Assembly (NCBI RefSeq): GCF_006345805.1
Contig: NC_043011.1
Span: 66,414,464-66,478,463 of the forward strand
DNA length: 64,000 bases
Direction of reading: 5' to 3'
From: Octopus sinensis
Lineage: Eukaryota
Shown: positions 49,369 to 64,000 of the stretch, one piece after another
How the letters are laid out: each line of letters opens with the position of its first letter
Numbering within the stretch: position 1 is the stretch's first letter
Notes under the pieces: generated by a model
The model's database searches: none
What the model was told of the DNA's origin: nothing
The model's input: the letters and a program-made list of their open reading frames with translations, nothing else
Position numbers and translations under genes: made by a program

Positions 49369-49883
49369 TCTATATATATAAAACTGTAGTTGTGTGAGTG
49401 TCTGTCTCCTACGATTTAGATTCCTAACTCCTCCCACATTTTGCGGTGCAGTTTAACCAAATTCGGGTATCTTATAGTCGTGATTCATATCGAGCCCGTC
49501 TGGCTATTAGCGCGCGTCTACGATGAGTCTACGATTTTAAAAATAATTTAACATCATTTTTTATTCCATTTTAATGCATAATTTTTCGTGTGTCGATGGC
49601 GGCGGAGTTGGCGTCCACGCTCACACCTGCACCTGTGTTTCCTTCTCCCCCTTCTTCCCTCCCTCGTGAAGCTGTGGGGAAGGGAGTGTAAGGAAATCAA
49701 CGTCGTAATGCGTTGTCAAGGAGACCAGCGTTCTTTTAGAACAACGACTTCTTGGCTTGAAGACACCAAAACAGAAATGGCTAAGAAAGCCCGAATTGGC
49801 ATCTATAAAGGAAGTAACTCTCTAAAAATGCTTATATAGTTATTTCCCTTACAAACCCGAGCAACGCCGGGCGATACTGCTAG
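49369..49883 (+). mobile_element. Complete non-autonomous Helitron (515 bp)
   Basis: A|TC-TATATATATAAAA 5' end, GC hairpin CCCGAGCAACGCCGGG at 49856-71, CTAG|T 3' end, inserted between A and T with no TSD. Confidence 0.85.
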
Positions 49884-50599
49884 TAGAATATAAAGCTTAG
49901 ATTATAACCACATTGTAGGACTCTATATTTCACCAACTCTAACAATATTGCATATTGGCGATAGAATATATTTACCTTTCCATGAGTTTTTGACTCGTCT
50001 CTGTTGGATAGATAGGGGCTCCTTTTCTGGACTTGATTCTGAAAAAAGGGAATACACAATATGTATATATATGTATATAAATATGAATTTTTTGTGTAGT
50101 GAAATAAAAAAAAGGCCGTATAGATATTAGGGCATTTATAGATAGAAGATCTTACAATTGTTTCTAGGATATTATATAATAATATCCCTTCATCGGAGAC
50201 GGTGTGAGAGGAAAAACTAAGTCATTGTAAGTTTCGATGTGATACAAATAAAGATTGAGGTGGAGGAAAGGAAATAGATCATAGTAAGTCTCGATGTGAC
50301 AATCCGTGGTAGGTTGTGTGTGCCTTTGTGTCTCTGTTTCTATTTCACACAACCAGTTGACAACTGACTTTGGTGTGTTTACGTCCCCATAACTTAACGG
50401 TTTGGCAATTGAAGGCCGATATATTAGGTACTAGGCTTTAAAACGTCGGTGCACTAGCATGGTCGCAGTCAAATGATTGAGACATGCAAGCCTAGTACTT
50501 TATTGCCGAGCCATTAAGTTACGAGGACGTAAACACCCCAACGTTATTTGTCAAGTGGTTATGCGTAAGAGAAATAGAGACACAAAGGCAAAACATATA

Positions 50600-50840
<241 letters not shown>

Positions 50841-51074
50841 TATCAATTTAGGGTAGCAAAAAATTGAATAGAATTTATTTTGCCAGCAGCGTCGAGTGAG
50901 AAAGAGGAAATAGTCAGAGAATATGAATAAAATGAACAACAATTGAGGAGCGGCTACAATAGGCCGTTCGACCCACTAGAAATAGCAGCCAGGGCTCCAA
51001 CCGCAAACAGAAGCAATTCGGAAATCTAAGGAAAAATTAAAAAAACAATATATATACATATATGTATATACATA

Positions 51075-54000
51075 TACTTTGATACTTTGATACTTTTATA
51101 GGTTTCGGCCATTATTGGCCCAGGCCAAGTCTAACTTAATAGCACCACCTGGTGAAGTCTTTCAAGTCAGAATTTGGGCACTATGGCCCACTCAAGTAGA
51201 GAGTTATTGTTTACAGAGACATATCCGGGTGTAGGGGGTTTATCCGGGATTTCTTGAAGGAATCTGTCCAAAGACTTCTTGAACCTTATAGGGTCTGTTT
51301 CTGTTTTAATGTGTTTTGTGTAATGTTAAAGAGAGCGGGGCCAATTAAGGTGAAATAATTGTGCCGTATTGTTGTTATGAGATGAGAGTGCGATTTTTGT
51401 TTTGGGCGGATGGCACGGGGCCCAAGCCTTGGATGTACCTTAAAGGTGATGCCAACATCATTTTGGCAATGCTGATGGAATATTTTCCACATCATGCAGA
51501 TGGTGTAGCGCTCACGGCGACGTTGGAGAGAATGAAGTTTTAGCTTTTCTAGTCGACCCCAATAGTCGAGGCCTGTCATGCCATCTATCTTTTTTGTGAT
51601 TGCCCTTTGAGGTGCTTCAACTTTTATGATACATTGTTTTGTGTGGGGAGACCACAGTGGACAACAGTATTCAAGGTGGGGTCGGGCAAAAGTGGAGAAG
51701 GGAAGGATAATGGTGTGGATATCTCTCGACTGGAAAGTTCTGAGAATCCAGGAACACTTTCTTCGGGCCATGTCAGCTTTGGTGTTTATATGAGTGGCCC
51801 AGCTTATGTTGTTGTCCACAATTACTCCCAAGGCTCTGATGTTGTTGGATGCCACGAGAGTTTCACCTGAAGGAAGGGAGTATGGGAGTTTCAGGGCATC
51901 CTCTTTTCCAAAGTGGATTAACTCGAATTTATCCTCGTTCAGCAGCATATTGTTTTTTTCTGCCCATTGGATAACAGCCAGTAGATCTGACTGAAGGCAT
52001 GTCCGGTCACTCGCTCCTTTATGACCTTCTGTAGCTTGGAATCATCTGCAAAGTGTTTTATGTTGCTGTGCTTGATGATGTCATTAATGTCATTAATGTA
52101 ATTGATGAAAAGAAGTGGGCCCAGCACAGTGCCTTGCGGAACGCCACTACTGACTTTGGCTGGGCTTGATTTTACCCCTTCAACTACACTATGTTGAGAT
52201 CTGTCTGTCAGGAAACACTTGATCCATTTCAGTAACTTTCCAGAGACACCAATGTTGGATAGGTTTTTCAATAGGATCTTGTGATCAACCTTGTCGAAGG
52301 CCTTGCTGAAATCAAGGTAGATGACATCGGTGTTGGAGCCCTCTCCCAAAGCTCTCAAAGTGTCATCAAAGTGATGCAGGAGCTGCGTTAGGCAGTCCCT
52401 TCCATTACGGAACCCATGTTGGTTAGAGATCAGCCGTCTGTTGCTTTCCAGAAATTGGGTTATTCGAGATCTCACCACCCTCTCAAATACCTTGATGATA
52501 TGAGAGGTGAGTGAGATCGGACGGTAGTTCACTGCAAGGGACTTGTTTCCCTTTTAGAAAACTGGGACAACAGACTGGGACAGAATGTTTTTAGGAATAT
52601 AGCCAGCATCCAGTGAGTTTCTCCACAGATTAGCAAGGGGAGATGCAAGTTGGTGTCGACACACCTTCAGGACACAAGCAGGGAACCTATCGGGGCCTAC
52701 TGCTGAATTGTGTTTTATTTCGTTTATCGCCGCTAAGACATCAGGGGCACCAAACGTTATGTCCGATATAGTGTGTTGGGGGTTGACATCACTGATATAG
52801 CCCAGATCGGCCATATCAGGATTGCTGAAAACAGAGCAGTATTGTTTCTGCAGTATCTCAGCCATGGATTTGGCATTATCTTGGAGAGTGCCATTTTCAT
52901 CAATTAGAGGGCCAACAATGGAGACAGTGACCCTGTTATTCCTCGCAAATGAAAACAACACTTTGGGGTTGAGTTTGATTTTTTGAATGGCCCACTTCTC
53001 CTCAGCTGATCTTAGGTTATTGATAAGGGTCTTCATGCATTGTTGGAGGTTATATTTTTTGGATTCAAGCAGTGCGATAGCCGTCGAATGTATGTGTTGC
53101 TGTTGGCAGTATTTTAGTTTGTTAATTTTTTTGTTTGTTCTTTTTATTTTTCTGATAATAGTTTTTTCTGTTTTGGGGGATTCTGCACCTTTTGTTCACA
53201 GGTCTTGGTGGGGAGTGTTTTGCACATATGTTTGTGACGGTGTCTACAAAGATCTGCCAAGATGTTTTATTGTTGGTGGAGATGTGTGTATGTGTAAAGG
53301 ACCAGTCAACATGTGATAGCTCGTTCCTGATTGCATCCCAGTTGGCATTATGGAGATCCATGTTATCAAATGGGTGGGCTGGAGGGAGGTCACTAGGATT
53401 AGCTTTCGGCTGGTGGAATTTCATGTTACAGAGAACCATGTCATGGTCTGAAAGAAGGGTTTTTTCCGCTGTAATGTTATGTATAGTGTTAGTGTGGTTA
53501 CTAAACACTAGGTCCAAAATGTTCTTATGATGTCATGTTGGTGCAAGGACAAGTTGGGACAAGAAAAACTCATTTATAAAGTCGAAAAGTGACTCTACTG
53601 CTTCTTTGTCAGCGGTTGAGGCGGGAGTGCTTGGTTTCAAACAGTTTGTACTCCAGTCAACACAGGGTAGATTGAAGTCTCCCATCATGAGTAGGTTGCT
53701 AGAATGGCACTGTTGAATACAGCACTTAATACTGTTGGGGCATTCTTTAAAGCGCAGTATGGGTGTTTGGGGCGGCCTATAGAGCCCAATTACTGTCATG
53801 TCATTGGCTTTGTTGTGCACGGTGACTCATTCACTGTAGCCGTTGGAGAATATGCTATTTCCATCTGCCGTAAACGAATCATGCAGGAAAATGGCAGTTC
53901 CACCCTTCCTTCTGTCGACACGATCCGCGCAGATGGTTGTGAAATTCTTCACTCTCACTTCGGCTTCCAAGTGGGAGTTGTCAAGGTGGGTCTCTGTGAG

Positions 54001-54578
54001 AATGAAAAAAGGGATGTGGTGTGGATGGTTACCAACCCAGACTTCAATGAATTGGAACTTCCATTTTTGTGCATTGATGGAAGGGCTGACACCTTGTGCA
54101 TTGAGTAGAAATGTGGAGGATAGTGTAGTGGCTGGTTTTGACTGTTGCAGGGGGCTTGGATTTTTTTTGTCTGTTAGTGACAGCAATGTGGGGAGTTGGT
54201 GCACAGGGGTAATAGCATATGATGGTGTTGAGTGATGGCTAGAATGTTTTTGTGTATCTCTTTTGCCATGTTCAACATGGCTAAAAAGAATTTTCCTGCT
54301 TAGGGAGCAATTTTTGGCTGGAGGTGTGGTTGCACTGTTGGATAGGGTTGTAGTTTCCATTTTTGTTGTTGTTGTTTTTGTGTCTTCGTAAAAAGACTGG
54401 ACCAGCATTACTGCAGCATGGTGTGTTTTTATTTTTATTTTTATTCTGGTTTTTGTGTTGGCTTGAAGCCCCGTTTCTGTTTGTGCTTCGGGTCCCTGGA
54501 AGATGAGTGAAGGGACAGTCACTCAGCAGACATGTTCTCTCACGTTGGGAATACCGGCAGATTTTGGGACTCCGAATT
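51075..54578 (-). mobile_element. Long CR1-group LINE, same family as 1-1071 (ORF1 C-terminus with CCCH zinc finger, APE, RT; several stops and frameshifts)
   Basis: [19 protein letters not shown] at 54559-54503; [58 protein letters not shown]; 3' UTR GGCCTGGGCCAATAATGGCC with an (AAAGTATC)n tail. Confidence 0.94.
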
Positions 54579-54589
54579 GTGTGTGTTTT

Positions 54590-54936
<347 letters not shown>

Positions 54937-55185
54937 GTGTGTATAATCAGTATATGATTCAACTTATTAATAACAGTTCAGCAACTTCATTCATAGGAAT
55001 ATAAAAGGAGGAGATTAGATGTTATCATAGATTATTAAATATTAAAGTGTTTCCTTCATACGACGTGTATGCTTTACATGTATACTCCTGTAACCTTGGG
55101 CGGTAATATCATGTTGCTACACAATTTGTTTCAGGGAAAAGGACAGAGATATTCATAATAGAATAGAATTTTATACACGTCGGTA

Positions 55186-56448
55186 CGAGGGGTGTTCAAT
55201 AAGTAACGCCCCTGACCCACTTTGTGTGTGCAATTATTTATGTCTCTATAGAGTAGGTGGCAAATTGCAGCTCTGAACTATTTGTGGTTTCTGATATACA
55301 GGTGTTTGAACTGAGTCAAGTGTGAAATGAAACTTGTTGAGTGTCGAGCAGTGATCTGGTTTTTGTATTTGAAAGGACGCACACCACGGGGGACTTTTGA
55401 TGAAATGAAAGTAACTTATGGTAATGATGTCCTATCATATGACCTTGTAAAACGCTGGCATCGTGAATTCAAACATGATCGGAACTCGGTGGAAACAGCT
55501 CCCAGATCTGGTCGCCCCCTTCTGCAGTTGATGAGGCATCTGTCAGTCAAGTTGAGGCTGCCATTTTGGAAGATCGACGCATGACTATTCGCCAAATAGC
55601 CCTCGAGGTCAAGATTAGTACCGGGTCTGTGGAAACTATCATTCATGAACATTTGCATATGCAAAAGGTGTCTGCCAGATTGATTCCCAGGTTGCTCACA
55701 CCTTTCCAGAAGCAAGAACGCGTCGAGTGCTCGAGGATGAACTTGGAGATGTGCCGAGAAGATGTGTCAAAATTTTTCAAAAGACTAATTACACAGGATG
55801 AAACCTGGGTCCATCACCATGATCCAGAGACCAAAGCCCGGTCAATGCAGTGGAAGCACCGTGACTCACCTCCTCCAAAGAAGGCAAGGGTGCAGCCCTC
55901 CGCTGGCAAGGTTATGCTCACAGTCTTCTGGGACCAGGACGGAGTAGTGATGACAGATTTCCTGGCAAAGGGTACCACAATTACAGGAGCCTATTATGCT
56001 TCACTTTTGAGGAAATTAAGAGAAACTATCAAAATCAAGAAGCGGGGCAAGATCAGCAAAGACATCCTCCTCCTACAGGACAACGCTCCGGTCCACAACT
56101 CGCTTGTCGCTAAATCAGAAGCACAGGCGTGCGGCTATGAACTCCTCCCCCACCCCCTACTCTCCTCACCTTGCACCCTCTGATTTTCACCTCTTCCCAA
56201 CCATGGAGTTGTTTTTGAAAGGAAAGCGTTTCCCAGATGATGCAGCCTTGATTTCTGAAGTCACGTCGTGGTTGGAGGACCAAGCTGGGTCTTCTAAAAA
56301 AACGGTCTTCAGAGCTGCATCAAACGATGGGAGAAATGCGTAACTCTGAGTGGTTCCTATGTAAAGAAAGACTAATAACTGTGCAAAGTTTCGTTTCTCT
56401 AATGCTATGGGAAGTGGGTCAGGGGCATTACTTATTGAACGCCCCTCA
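55186..56448 (+). mobile_element. Full-length mariner (DD34D), 1263 bp, frameshifted transposase
   Basis: 37-bp TIRs with 3 mismatches (CGAGGGGTGTTCAATAAGTAACGCCCCTGACCCACTT), TA TSD at 55184-85 and 56449-50; ITQDETWVHH, LQDNAPVH, PYSPHLAPSDFHLF split over ORFs 55327-55584, 55566-56183 and 56104-56343. Confidence 0.95.
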
Positions 56449-56574
56449 TATATTGGAGAAAAAACAAAAACGAAAAAAAAGACGTTACAAGTACATCGAT
56501 TTTCTGTTAGTAGTCACGAAGTAATGCGTTTGTAGTTTCTATTTTAAACTTCTTTTAGCTTCCCTCTACCAAAC

Positions 56575-56700
56575 TCACTCATAAGGCTTGGGTCGGCCTG
56601 AGGCTATAGTAGAAGACTCTTGCCTAATGTGTCACGCAGTGGGACTGAACTCCATACCATGTGGTTGGGAAGCAAGATTCTTATCACACAGCCACCCCTG
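56575..56700 (-). mobile_element. SINE family B, 5' fragment
   Basis: CACGCAGTGGGACTGAAC...CACACAGCCAC is the reverse complement of the family head. Confidence 0.75.
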
Positions 56701-57479
56701 TGTATGTTTTAAAAATACATTTGGAACTCTTCCTGAATAATCTGAGAGTCAAATACATCCTGGAACGTAGCCGAGACTCCAGGATCGTTTAGCTTCGAAT
56801 TTCTTGATGCATACACACATAGACACTCACACATAACGTGATGGCAGCATTGTGTGGAAACATGTACGTGTATATGTGCAGCTACATGTGTAGAAATGTT
56901 ATGTATTGATATAAGTATTTAAAATATACATCATTTTAACAATGGCCTACATAGAACAAACTTATAACGATTTAATATGTTTGCTTGCAAGTTTTGTTGG
57001 GAAATTTATGTGTAGCCTTGGTTAGGAGGTATATGATTTGCTAAAACCCTATCTTTGAATCTACAGCACTGATATTAGATATGCATTTCAGTGACACACA
57101 AGTAAAGTCAGTGAAATTCCTGGAATAATACACATTTGATACAGTAGTTTTAAGGTAAAATTACGTACCTCGTTTGGATCCCCGAAATCTACTGATCGCT
57201 TGCAGTCCTGTAAATACATTCCAAATATAATGTAAAAGTATTTGTTCAGATAGTTCTGTTTCTATATCGTATGAATATGTGAATAGATTGATAGGTTATG
57301 GGAGAAAGATACAGAGACGGAGACGGGAATAATATGATGTCGAAAGAACGATTCTAAAGGGTTTAAAGCCTTTATATTTTTCATCTGAAAAGCAGAGAAG
57401 CGTACGATGAAAGCGTGTGTGGTGATATTCCATGCTGCGGGAAACAAACTAATTTACAAACGTAAAACTATATGAAAAA

Positions 57480-58250
57480 GAAAATAAGAAATTTTAGTGT
57501 GGGAAATCTGATAGGAAATGGCAAAATAGAAATATTAGGAGTGAAGGGTTTCGTTAGGAGCAGGCTTTCGTTAGCGGTGTTTAAATCGAAGCGGATTATG
57601 GAGTGGTCGTAGAGGTAAGGTGTCAAATATGGTGGACGCCAAAGAGAATGGAAGATACGCAACGAGTTGTGAGTATGGCATATATCGAGGCGCATATTTG
57701 TTAAGTAAATGCTGGAAATTTAAACGGAAGGGCATCTTTGCCTTAATAAGATTGAATCCTAATACCTGTGGAAGCGGAAGCCTTGAGATACGATGCTCTA
57801 TGCCCAGTTATGTAAGGGACGTTATGGATTATATGGCCGTCAAGGCAAAGTGCTTATCAATAGTTGAACTGCAATCACTCGTAGGATTTTGCGGATATTT
57901 TGCAGCACATTTTACAGAAGAGGATAAGATTAGCGGCAGCAGATGTGATGAGATTGGAGGATTGGTAAGGTAGTGTAAGTCGGAATCTGATTGTAAGTGT
58001 AGAGTTGAAGTCTCAGTAACTGGTTTGGGAGGAGGAATATTGGATTTGTATAGGTGGATAGACGGCTCGAAAGTATAGGCGGGCCAAGGTCCTGCTTGAG
58101 ATTTAAAGTCACTCTGATCGCTACAGCGGACACAGAAGAAGGGGACGAACGTGCTGACGAATTCGACGAAGTCAAATAGTTAAAAGAAAACAGTGTGAGA
58201 GCGTAAGTGTCGACTGGCATGTGGGTTTACAAAGTCAAAAGAATAAAGGT
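57480..58250 (-). mobile_element. Highly decayed LINE relic (CR1/Jockey/L2 group)
   Basis: Minus-strand AANLILF.. resembles the RR.VASL.LFY C-terminal motif; many stops. Confidence 0.35.
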
Positions 58251-58686
58251 GATCATCGCTGATGTAGGATTTGAAATGTAAAGAAATGTTGAAAAAGACT
58301 TGCCGAAAACAACAAAAGACTACTTCTATTCATAGTGACCACCAGAGTCTATAACATTGTATTTAAAAAAACCTTTCTCCATAATACCGAAGGCTACGCA
58401 GAGTGGCTAATATTTGTCTAGAAACGTATGATATATTTCAACACATTATAAAGGAAGGATAAGTGATACACCGACCGAGAACATATCCGAAAATTATTTC
58501 TTGTGTGGACACTGCCACATAAATTGTGTTATGACACTCTCACCGTCATTTTTCTACTAGTATACTAGATTCTTCCTCCCAGGGTACTTTCAATGGCATT
58601 TTAGCAGTTTACGAATAAGCTTCTACGTCAGGAATGAAACTTACCTAATCTCCAGAAACAAAGATATTTTCTCAAGCTTAGAACCC

Positions 58687-58915
58687 TTTCTTATTTCTTT
58701 ATTGTCCACAAGGGGCTACACACAGAGGGGACAAACAAGGACAGACAAAGAGATTAGGTCGGTTACATCGACCCCAGGGCGTAACTGGTACTTAATTTAT
58801 CGACACCGAAAGGATGAAAGGCAAAGTCGACTTCGGCTGAATTTGAACTCAGAACGTAGCGACAGGAGAAATACCGCTAAGCATTTCGCCCGGCGTGCTA
58901 ACGTTTCTGCCAGCT
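58687..58915 (-). mobile_element. tRNA-derived SINE (family A)
   Basis: Clear reverse complement of the 15503/19068 copies. Confidence 0.9.
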
Positions 58916-60156
58916 AGATGCCTTGCTTTGAACCTTTTCTATATGCACCATGTAATGCAAGTTAGCATTTATCAGATTGCCAAATATTTTTATAGACGTT
59001 AGCAACTACTACAATCATATTAATGACGCTTGTAATCATATACCCTCTAATTCCGGCGCCTTGCACACAACCAGACTGGAATTACTTTCTTATTCACCTT
59101 GCTTAATATATCTCTATCATGTAACACGTTTACAATGATTATGTTTTCCGCCAATCATTCAGCAAGTATTCCACATGAACCATTATAATTTCAATACTCA
59201 AGAATCTCTACCAATGTCCATTGCCCGTGAAGAGCGTCTGGCTCAGCTTACAAATGTCTTTTTTCTTGCACACTGCACACACTTGCAACAGTCTTTATAT
59301 TCACCAAATCTATTATGATTACAGACAAAAGATACTTTACCGTATGTCTGTGGTGAACGGGTTCTCGTAACTCGGGAAAAAAGTTGGGGCTCCTTTTATG
59401 AACTCCCATCTGAAAATAATTTACGAAGTGTGTGTGCACACACACACATATGTATATATACATATATATATGTAAGTGGTAGAGAGAGAGAGAGAGTGAC
59501 AAATATGCATGGAGAAACGGAGAGAGACACGCATGCAATGTAGTTATACATCTAACGCAGACGCATGCACATACAAGAATGTGTGTTTATATATATACTT
59601 GGTTTCTGATTTTGGTTGCAAGTTTCTTTATGTGGATTCGTGTGATAAAACGCATTTTGTTGTGCCAGGCAAAAGTCATTGCGCTAATATCAATAACTCA
59701 CGCACTGGTGTGTTTCATAATTCATGCCCTTTATTTTATATAGGTGATTTCGTTAATGGTCCATCCAATCGATTGGATGTAGACCAATTTTATTTTTGCC
59801 GTAAAAGAAAAGTCGTTCCATACCAGCCAGCGAAATAGATGCAGTGATCTTAGAATCGTTGACCCACAAACATTCAGTCCGGTATTAGAGACTTCTTAAT
59901 CATTCAGTAAATACTTGTTGTCTACCTTTTTTAGTCGTCGTACACAATTTATCATTTCATATATATGTGGGTGAGCTGACGTTGGGTAAAAAATTACAAG
60001 AAGATCAGTCAAGTACACATTTCTTCAACATATTCAAACCTCAGAATAATGCAGGTCTTTCAATTTTTCTAAGCCCTGTAAAAGAATTCGAAGGCTACGG
60101 CCTTCAAAGGGAATTGATGGTAACCTTAGAAACCCAGGAACATTCCACCACGTCCC

Positions 60157-60220
<64 letters not shown>

Positions 60221-60583
60221 CATAAATTATTAGAGAGTTATCCACTATGTGGATAACTCTAGTGCTAAAAATAGCTCCGAAGCAACCACAGAAGATCCGT
60301 TTCCAACTAGAATCAACACACATTTAACTGAAGGAAAGTGAAATACAACGAATAAAATAGATTGACTCTATACAATTGTTTCATTACTAATGCAATATGT
60401 AGTTTTACTTACACTTGCATCCATAAATCTTCGGTAGAGTTTGTCAGAAATGCAATTAATTAGATCGATATATATATATACATACATATATATACATATA
60501 AATATATGTGTTTGCGCGCGCGTCCCCGTATAGATGTGCATGCGTGTGTGTGTAATATTTGCATGTATGTATGTATATGTATG

Positions 60584-60646
<63 letters not shown>

Positions 60647-62315
60647 ATACATATTAGTATTAGTATTATTAGCTCAAAATATTGTATTTAATACGGATAT
60701 ACAGTGGAAAGCCTCAAAACGTTGCTATTTGTCTCGAGGAAGCATGTCGTATGAACATATCGTGCTAAAAGCAGCGCTTTGTAAGTCTTATTAATGGAAA
60801 TCTTATAATAGCCGTGGTGGAATTTCTAAATCTACATTTCTACTTCATCAGCAGCAAGTGCCCACTTGAAATCTCACAGCCGCTGTCTGTTTTTCGTTTT
60901 TTTTTTATTTTACTTCTGAATGACTACCAGAGATAATTTCTCGGGAAATATATCGCTGTTTTGTGGATTTCTATATGTATTATCTGAATTTAACCATTTG
61001 TTTTGTATTTACTGTATTTTGGCGGTTCATCTAATGTTCATTGTGAAAATATCGATTACTTATTATATTGGCAAGTCTACACAATTCTAACGTCAACATT
61101 GTTTTCTATATCCTAAGTATAAATTTAAAATGCAACCGGTTGTGGCGCCCAGGGTCTCAAACAAGTTTTCATTGTAATGCTATTAAAGAAAATCCAAGGA
61201 CATTCCCTCAGTACTTTGAGAAACATAAAGAGAAGTCTTAGAAAGTTCACCTCGCTGCAAATCAAGGAGCGGAAATCTTCAATGGTTTCTGGCCCTCTTT
61301 TTGACACCCTTCATGCAGATCCAGGGCAGGAGAAATTCTGCAGCCAAGTAAGGTCACCTTCATGAGATATCCGACTCTTAGAAGTGGGAACTGATTTCAT
61401 GAACTAGCTATAATTTTTAAAACTAGTAAAGTCAGGAACAAAAACAAAGCCGTATCGCATGAAGGGTCGTTTTACATGGTCCCATCGGAGCTTCTTGCTC
61501 TTGGGATCTTCAGTCGCGAAGAAACTGCCATCACTATATTACAAAGTAAATATGCATTGAATATTTTTTGTAACTGTTGAAATTGAGAAAACTCAATCAT
61601 CAAGCATCCTATAAACTTAACAATGCTCCTCTCGTCACGATAAGCGAAATAAAAACAAGAACAAAAACTTACTGCTTTACACGTTTTGATAATAAAGGAC
61701 TTCAAGAAGTTTTTACAATTTTGGGATTTTCCTTCAACACATGCTAGGAATTTTTCCTTGTCGCTGAAAGAATATTTTGATCAGAGAATGGTTTTAAACT
61801 GAAACATTTGTTCAATTTTTGCTTGTGGTTTTATTTCCTTCTTTTCTTTGTTTCATTCTTTGGAATGTGGCCATAACGAATTTAACTGAACGTATCTAAT
61901 ATAAAAGTTATTTGAATTCTTTTTTACGATACGCTAAGTGCATTGGACATAACATTGCACGACATTTCTAGCGTGAGACAAATCTATCACACACTCATAT
62001 ACACATGGGCCTATGTATGTATATATGTATGATATACATACAAATATACATACAAATATACATATATTCAGATACATATAAATAACTATACATATATATG
62101 TAGGTATCATCTATATATGTGTGTATGTGTCTATATATACATACGAGTATAATTTAGGTTAGATGAAGAGTTTGTAACATATTTCATCTGCTAAAAGAAA
62201 AATACGCTGCAGACACCGTGGAGAATAGATGCCTCTTATGGTTAAAAGTGTGTGAAAATAAACGGTTCGTTCAGTGTAGCCATTTATCATAAGTATTCTC
62301 TAATTTATATACATG

Positions 62316-62359
<44 letters not shown>

Positions 62360-62586
62360 CTCTTTACTCTTTCTCTTTTACTCTTTTACTTGTTTCAGTC
62401 ATTTTGACTGCGGCCATGCTGGAGCACCGCCTTTAGTCGAGCAAATCAACCCCGGGACTTATTCTTTGTAAGCCCAGTACTTATTCTATCGGTCTCTTTT
62501 TGCCGAACCGCTAAGTGACGGGGACGTAAACACACCAGCATCGGTTGTCAAGCAATGCTAGGGGGACAAACACAGCAGACACACTA

Positions 62587-62661
<75 letters not shown>

Positions 62662-62815
62662 GACAGGCTTTCAGTTTCCATCTACCAAATCCACTCACAA
62701 GGCATTGGTCGGCCCGGGGCTATAGCATAAGATAATTGCCCAAGATGCCACGCAGTGGGACTGAACCCGGAACCATGTGGTTGGTTAGCAAGCTACTTAC
62801 CACACAGCCACTCCT
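62360..62815 (-). mobile_element. tRNA-derived SINE (family B)
   Basis: Reverse complement of 36921-37316, including the (TACTCTTT)n tail and internal (TA)n. Confidence 0.9.
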
Positions 62816-64000
62816 ACGCCTATATATGTATTATTCTATTATATGCTTCAGCCTTGAGGCTGCGGCCATACTGTACTACTGTATTTCGGGACGGTCATCT
62901 TTTGTTTGCTTGCTAAATAAACACACGCACTATATATTCGTTCTTCGCTCCTTTATTACTGTTCATATTTTTCTCTTTTTATTTTAACTCATTTCCAATG
63001 TCCAGAAATCTGTCGTCCCACATCTTTTACCTCTTCAGCGACACTTTTCATTTTTGTGCCAGCCCTTGCTCCCATAACTCTTTTCTGTTCTTCTAAGATG
63101 TGTATCCTTACGTGCGCATCTATTTGCGTCCGTGTTTGTGTGTGAGTTTGTATGTGTGTATGCCAGTGGTTATTCATAAATTAATGCTAATAAAGAAACC
63201 TAGCACACCAACTCATAGCATCATCGCGGTCACGTGCACCACTCTGAATAATTTATCGCATATTTTTTTTTTTTTTTTTTTGGTTAAGTAAACGCCTGTG
63301 TGTACACTACTTTGTAATTGATCACTGCGTTGTCGGATAGTCGAAGTCGTAGGCAGAGATTGCTTTACTATCCGTCGGATTGTCTGATTCTAGTTTAATG
63401 ATAATATTTTTCATTTTAATTCTTGATCTTCTAGCTATATTCCTAATATCTTCAGTAACATTGGAACATAGTGCAATCGGTTTTTAAACTTGATAAAATA
63501 GTGGTCGCTCTCTGAAGTATTCCCTTAGGAAATTGCATTTTAGTGTGAGTAATCTACTTAAAATAATATTTATGAAAACACTAACGGCATATCGAAACAG
63601 AGTGGTACCTGCATAAAATTATACGCAATTTCATACAATGAATGAGCCAAAGGTTCATTGCTTTTGTACAAATCGCTACGTCCTTAAATTCCCGCTCAAG
63701 CAAATGTCAGACCACATATTTGAATGAATCTCCTGTACCAGTATAGATATGCTGCATGGTTATTGTCTTATATACATACATATATAAAGTATATGTACAC
63801 AGGTTTGCCAAAAGTAAACAGATACTCCATAAAACATCTCTCAACGTTTATTCTAACTTGCACAGGTTTATAGTTTCTATTAAGGGACATTTATTTTTCA
63901 GGTTCTGTGTGTGACCGTTTAAACCTTCCATGTAAAAACAAGCCTTGGAAGTATATGAATTTCAAAGAGGCCGTGTAAATCGTCAGCGCAAAATCGCAGA

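Noticed and set aside
61125-61307. LICSEVNFLRLLFMFLKVLRE vaguely resembles the Lines/LINS1 C-terminal motif
   Set aside because: An in-frame stop lies just upstream, there is no suitable acceptor, and the similarity is short and from memory only.

Overview
This is AT-rich, microsatellite-dense metazoan non-coding or intronic DNA. The SINE families and (TA)n/(GATA)n/(CA)n load look like an octopus (cephalopod) genome, which is an inference from recognition, not a search. No host gene can be confidently identified; there are only a few weak exon candidates. The window is mostly transposon debris: CR1-group LINEs (one young copy inserted in a Tc1 with a 6-bp TSD), RTE and R4/Dong relics, Tc1, mariner and pogo elements, non-autonomous Helitrons and many tRNA-derived SINEs. 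The main unexplained structure is a recurring set of about six unrelated Penelope-like (PLE) termini. Each carries a type I hammerhead ribozyme (HHR) motif with a palindromic stem/loop III. Most abut (TA)n at the 3' end, and four have an inverted copy of the 3' end at their 5' side. One is a non-coding 557-bp tandem array (retrozyme-like) that ends within 1 nt of the predicted hammerhead cleavage site. All alignments, folds and translations were done by eye, so boundaries marked ~ are approximate.
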